From assembly GCA_038142325.1 (NCBI GenBank), contig JAYQJW010000002.1:320001-384000 (forward strand): a stretch of DNA of 64,000 bases, read 5' to 3'. Made by a program: the position numbers and the translations under genes. A model generated the notes under the pieces. That model saw only the letters and a list, made by a program, of their open reading frames with translations, had not been told where the DNA came from and searched no databases. Below, in pieces: positions 61,265 through 64,000 of the stretch (position 1 is the first letter of the stretch; every line of letters starts with the position of its first letter). The DNA comes from Gammaproteobacteria bacterium. GTDB lineage: Bacteria > Pseudomonadota > Gammaproteobacteria > GCA-002705445 > GCA-002716945.

Positions 61265-62058
61265 CAAAAATCATTGGCATACTCAATTTAACTCTCGATA
61301 GTTTTTCTGATGGAGGTAAGTACTATGACTTTAATTCAGCAAAAAAACATATCTCAGATATGATTGAATATGGCGCTGATGTGATTGATATAGGAGCCGA
61401 ATCAACAAGATCTGGCTTCACAGATGTTGATGAAGATATACAAATAAAAACACTATCACCTGTAATTGAATACTTAAATGAACACTTTGATATTGAATTA
61501 AGTATTGACACAAGATCTAGTAAAGTTGTGAATGCATTTAAATCAAATAATGTTAATTATATTAACGATGTTTCTTCTGGAACATATGACAATAGTATGT
61601 TTGATGCAGTATCTTCCTTAGGTTGTAAATTTATACTTACGCACATGCCCAGTGAACATAAGCAAGGCACTATTAAAGAATATGAAAATATATTAGATGA
61701 GATGAAAATTTATTTTTCAGAAAGAATAGATACCTGTCTTAAAGCTGGCATTGATAACGATAAAATCATTATTGACCCGGGAATTGGATTTGGTAAATCT
61801 GGCGCTGATAATATAAAACTATTGACTAATATTAATCAACTGCAAAATATTCACCCACATGTTTGTATTGGATCGAGTAATAAAAGATTCTCATCAAAAT
61901 TATTCGATAAGGTTAAAACAAAAGAGGATTTGAAAATTGCAAATCTTGCAAGCTTTGCAACTTCTGCATTATCGAATGCTAGCTACCTCAGAGTTCATGA
62001 TGTTGAACTTACTAAAGACACAACAATGATTATTGATAAAGCAAAGAGTCTTATGTAA
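61261..62058 (+). CDS. folP: Dihydropteroate synthase
   Basis: GILNLTLDSFSDGG, IDIGAESTR, INDVS, DPGIGFGK, RVHDV. Confidence 0.95.
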   Translation: MTKIIGILNLTLDSFSDGGKYYDFNSAKKHISDMIEYGADVIDIGAESTRSGFTDVDEDIQIKTLSPVIEYLNEHFDIELSIDTRSSKVVNAFKSNNVNYINDVSSGTYDNSMFDAVSSLGCKFILTHMPSEHKQGTIKEYENILDEMKIYFSERIDTCLKAGIDNDKIIIDPGIGFGKSGADNIKLLTNINQLQNIHPHVCIGSSNKRFSSKLFDKVKTKEDLKIANLASFATSALSNASYLRVHDVELTKDTTMIIDKAKSLM

Positions 62059-63757
62059 AGATTTTTAAGATTGTTTTTTGAAATGATTCTGCAAACAATT
62101 TAATATCAAGCAAGCTGGATTCCTTTAATTGCACACGCATGGTATTTTTAATTTTATTTCGCATCGTTTTATTTTCAATTAAGCTAGAGACGGTTTCTTT
62201 ATAATCATCTATATTGGTAGTGATTAATTCATCCATATTAAGGGCTTCTAGCAAACTTGCGCTAACTCTTGATGCAAAATGATTGCCTTTTAAAGTGACT
62301 AGCGTAATACAGCTTTGAATCATCTCGATTGAAGTGGTATGTCCGTTATATATGCGTGTATCTAAGGCAATATCAATATGCTGTATTCTTGATAGGTGTT
62401 CTGGATAATCTAATCTTTTGGCATAAATTATTCTTTTTAGATCAATACGATCACCTATAAAGTTATTTATATTTTTTTTCATTTCATCATTTTCATCCAA
62501 CAGCCATAGATATGTGTTGTCATGTTTTTGGATTATTTGTAGCCATATTTCAAACAAGACTGGATCCAGTTTAAATGATTGATTAAGACTACCCAAGATT
62601 AGACCATCCGCAGGAAGAACAAAGCTCTCTCTTGTTGTAATCTCTGTAATATTAACCTCACCATTATTAACCTGATAGGTGTTTGGCAGAAAAAGAAACT
62701 TTTCTTCAAAATAGTTTTGTTGTGTTCCAGGTGTTACAGTTTTATCCGTAAGCATAAAGTCATAGAGGTTGCTCCCTGTTGTGCCAGGAAATGCTAAATA
62801 CGAAATAATGAATTTTGCAGAATTATCATTCAGGATACTTTGTCTGTTGTGTGAAATAATTGTTGTTAAATCTATTAAAATATCGAGACTGTAATCGCTA
62901 AGGCACTTATTCGCATCATTATCATCAAGGCCATCAAGATCGACAAAGTCTGTAAAGTATTGAACAATTTCATTTTTTTCAGTTTGGTTGTGATTGTAAG
63001 AAAACATAAAAATAGAAAAAATTTCTTTATCTATATGCTTAAATAAATTTCTGATCAGATAGTAAGTTGGATGATTTCTTATCTCACCACATAGAAAACC
63101 TAATTTTATTTTACTTTTGGGACGGGGAAATGAATTATCCTTTTTATTATTAGATAATTGATTAGTCCAGTACTTTTAGCATTTATTTGATTCTTCTCAT
63201 TGTCCATTACGTGCGAGATATGTAGAAATGGATGCACAATAATTTTATTTTTTCTGAGCAATTCATTTGTATCTTCATAAGATGACCAATCACAAATCAA
63301 CTGTTCAATTCTTATTTTAAGTTCATATGCTTTTGCCTTATGAGATTCAACATTGATTAGATTTTTCGCTAGAACTAGAGATTCTGCATAATCTTTTTTT
63401 TCAAATAATGATAACGCTAAATTATATTTAGCATCATGGTAATCATCATTTATATCGAGTGCATTTTTTGCGTGCTCTATGCTTTTGTCATACTCACCTA
63501 ACTCTAAATAAATAAGAGATAAATTATTATTTGCAAAAGCCGAAAAATCTGAGTTTATTAAAGATAAATACATATCTATTGCCTGATCTATTTTTACCTA
63601 CAAGTTTATAGATATTTCCTAAATTTAATTTTAATTTATTTTCTTGAGGAAAATCTCTGATAGCATCATTTAATAGCTCTATGCAATCTAAGTAATTCTT
63701 GGATTGAACAAGATTTTTTATTTGTTCAATATACTCGTTGAGTGATTTTTGTTGCAA
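62051..63757 (-). CDS. TPR plus GT41 (O-GlcNAc transferase/SPINDLY-like) protein, split into three ORFs by frameshifts
   Basis: N-terminal TPRs; gap frame KIKLGFLCGEIRNHP; DILIDL, YLAFPGTTG, NQSFKL, LDT..YNGHTT, FASRV.ASLL. Confidence 0.82.
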
Positions 63758-63759
63758 TT

Positions 63760-64000
63760 CTAATGTTTTGTGTGACTTTTAATGTTTACTGCACAAAATT
63801 TGAATTCAGGAATTTTGGCAAATGGATCTAGCGCAGCATTTGTAAGTAAGTTAGCTGCAGATTCAACATAACAAAATGGAATGAACACTTGACCAGGTTT
63901 AAGCATATCATCTCGTCTTGCATAAACATCTATGGAACCTCTTCTAGACTCAACGGTAATTAAATCACCATCTTGTATGCCAAATTTTTGCATATCTTCA
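63760..64000 (-). CDS. C-terminal molybdopterin-binding domain of formate dehydrogenase alpha subunit (partial)
   Basis: GDLITVESRRG, VFIPFCY.E.AANLLTN.ALDP.AKIPEFKFCAV. Confidence 0.88.
   Translation of the reverse strand, partial: EDMQKFGIQDGDLITVESRRGSIDVYARRDDMLKPGQVFIPFCYVESAANLLTNAALDPFAKIPEFKFCAVNIKSHTKH

Overview
Gene-dense, very AT-rich chromosomal window from what looks like a streamlined (probably marine) gammaproteobacterium. The taxonomy is inferred from gene order (purMN-hda-wrbA, perM-dapA-bamC, rpsP-rimM-trmD-rplS, folK-dnk-panBCD) and has not been checked against a database. Most of it is housekeeping: ccmFGHI, Moco synthesis, argG, pur, pan, fol, dxs, proS, gltX, LPS core glycosyltransferases, fdhD/FDH and one tRNA-Glu. 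About 15 genes, including essential dapA, are broken by homopolymer indels or single in-frame stops. This points to uncorrected long-read errors rather than real pseudogenes. The most interesting parts are: (1) a 7-gene cluster of unknown product (5161-10709) with a CDP-alcohol phosphatidyltransferase, MDR dehydrogenase, atypical PTPS/COG0720 paralogue, GT4, methyltransferase, flippase-like protein and RibD-type reductase; (2) three sigma54-type -24/-12 motifs, two back to back, that appear to drive a glucosylglycerate operon and two uncharacterised cupins; (3) an ArsS radical-SAM arsenosugar module next to the LPS genes; (4) a small islet at the 3' end of tRNA-Glu with unannotated small genes; and (5) apparently bidirectional, near-leaderless promoters between divergent genes. 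All family assignments come from motif recognition by eye, not from searches.
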